Below, piece after piece: positions 62,996 to 64,000 of a stretch of 64,000 nucleotides of DNA. How positions within the stretch are numbered: the stretch's first letter is position 1; every line of letters begins with the position of its first letter. The position numbers and the translations under genes were made by a program. A model generated the notes under the pieces. It was given only the letters and a program-made list of their open reading frames with translations. It had not been told where the DNA came from and did not search any database. This DNA is from Candidatus Enterousia sp. (GTDB lineage Bacteria > Pseudomonadota > Alphaproteobacteria > Rs-D84), in the NCBI GenBank assembly GCA_045648945.1, contig JAZROX010000047.1, positions 13,615-77,614 of the forward strand, written 5' to 3'.

Positions 62996-64000
62996 TTATT
63001 TACCCCAAAATGGTGCGATTACATAGTCTGCGCGTAATGGCACAGATATTTTCGTCACATTTTCCATAATGGATTTGATTTGTTCGGCAAATTTTGTCGC
63101 CAATTTTTCGTCGCATTCAAATACCATTTCGTCGTGAACCTGCATAATCAGTTTGATTTTGTCGCGATTCGGAACAACGATTTCATTAAATGTTTTTATC
63201 ATGGCGAATCGCATAAGGTCGGCCTCGAATCCCTGAATCGGTGCATTGATTGCGGCACGCATTGCGTACGCACGCATGCGGGGATTTTTCGCCTCGGGCA
63301 ATTCTATGCGGCGGCCCCATGGGGTATAGACGCACGCGTTTTCGGTTGCGAATTTTTTGATATTATCGATGTATGTTTTAATTTCGGGCAATCCGGCCAT
63401 ATACGAATTTATAATCTCGGCCGCACGGGCGCGTGGAACGTTTAATTGCGCGGCCAGGCCGAAAGATGATATTCCGTATATGATTGAAAAGTTCACGGTC
63501 TTGGCGGCGCGACGTAAATCCCGTGGTACAATAGTTGATGCCGGAATGTCAAAGATTTTTCGCGCGGTTTGTTCGTGAATGTCCGCGCCCGCATTAAATG
63601 TGTCTTTGAATGTTTTTATGTTCGCAACATCGGCCAAAAGGCGCAGTTGAATTTGTGAATAATCCGCCGCAATAAGGACGCGCCCAGGTCCCGCAACAAA
63701 ACATTTGCGAATTTCTTCACCAAGTTCGGTTTTGACCGGAATATTTTGCAGGTTCGGGTCACGTGATGAAAGGCGGCCTGTATTCGTACTGGTCTGTAAA
63801 TATGTTGTATGAATACGACCGTCATGCCCAATCTGGTGGGGCAGGGCGTCCGCATATGTTCCCGCCAATTTCGCAATCGACCGCCAATTCAAAATCTTTT
63901 CGATAATTGGGTGGTGGTCAATCATGTCGTTAAGTGCATCCGCATCCGTGGAACGTCTTTTATTTTCCGGCATGTGCATTTCATCAAACAAAACGGTTGC
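62996..64000 (-). CDS. polA: DNA polymerase I, C-terminal polymerase domain (5' part lies beyond the window)
   Basis: RRAAKTVNFSIIYGISSFGLA (motif B), MQVHDEMVFE (motif C). The ORF is open to the window edge. Confidence 0.95.
   Translation of the reverse strand, partial: ATVLFDEMHMPENKRRSTDADALNDMIDHHPIIEKILNWRSIAKLAGTYADALPHQIGHDGRIHTTYLQTSTNTGRLSSRDPNLQNIPVKTELGEEIRKCFVAGPGRVLIAADYSQIQLRLLADVANIKTFKDTFNAGADIHEQTARKIFDIPASTIVPRDLRRAAKTVNFSIIYGISSFGLAAQLNVPRARAAEIINSYMAGLPEIKTYIDNIKKFATENACVYTPWGRRIELPEAKNPRMRAYAMRAAINAPIQGFEADLMRFAMIKTFNEIVVPNRDKIKLIMQVHDEMVFECDEKLATKFAEQIKSIMENVTKISVPLRADYVIAPFWGK

Overview
This 64-kb window reads as a compact, moderately AT-rich bacterial chromosome segment. 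It is probably from an alphaproteobacterium-like lineage, based on a CcrM-type beta-class N6-adenine methyltransferase, nrdR, rodZ, groESL and rpsF-rpsR-rplI. About 45 conserved housekeeping genes form the backbone: ccrM, nrdR, slt-like, rnhB, pgk, rlmE, uvrA, rodZ, dus, ftsB, ppiD-like, tpiA, grpE, clpP, clpX, rnhA, tkt, rpsF/rpsR/rplI, recO, tRNA-Leu(CAA), rpmB, clpB, groES/groEL, HIT, DUF167, LOG, tilS, ftsH, MBL hydrolase, prmC, M23 peptidase and polA. Visibly AT-richer accessory patches interrupt it. (i) 1-9316 holds a truncated C5 DNA methyltransferase, three orphan genes separated by a repeated hairpin + mini-ORF module, a Slam/DUF560-like outer-membrane protein and a 971-aa autotransporter. 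(ii) 13516-15355 holds a promoter-driven array of small ORFs built from recycled modules, inserted between rnhB and pgk. (iii) 56927-57331 and 57965-60940 hold paralogues of the array genes plus orphans, ending at a duplicated 3' end of prmC. Other notable items: a stand-alone SRP54 M-domain gene; two paralogous secreted proteins that share a conserved 24-bp leader stem; an orphan MotA/MotB-like pair with a coiled-coil MotB; a TbpB-like lipoprotein that could be Slam cargo; dispersed GTTAGTG heptamer arrays after stop codons; a REP-like palindromic element family; and a 40-bp-arm hairpin inside the groES-groEL spacer. All calls come from manual reading and translation with no database search. 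Family names rest on recalled motifs. Hairpin and repeat coordinates are hand-derived, accurate to a few nt.
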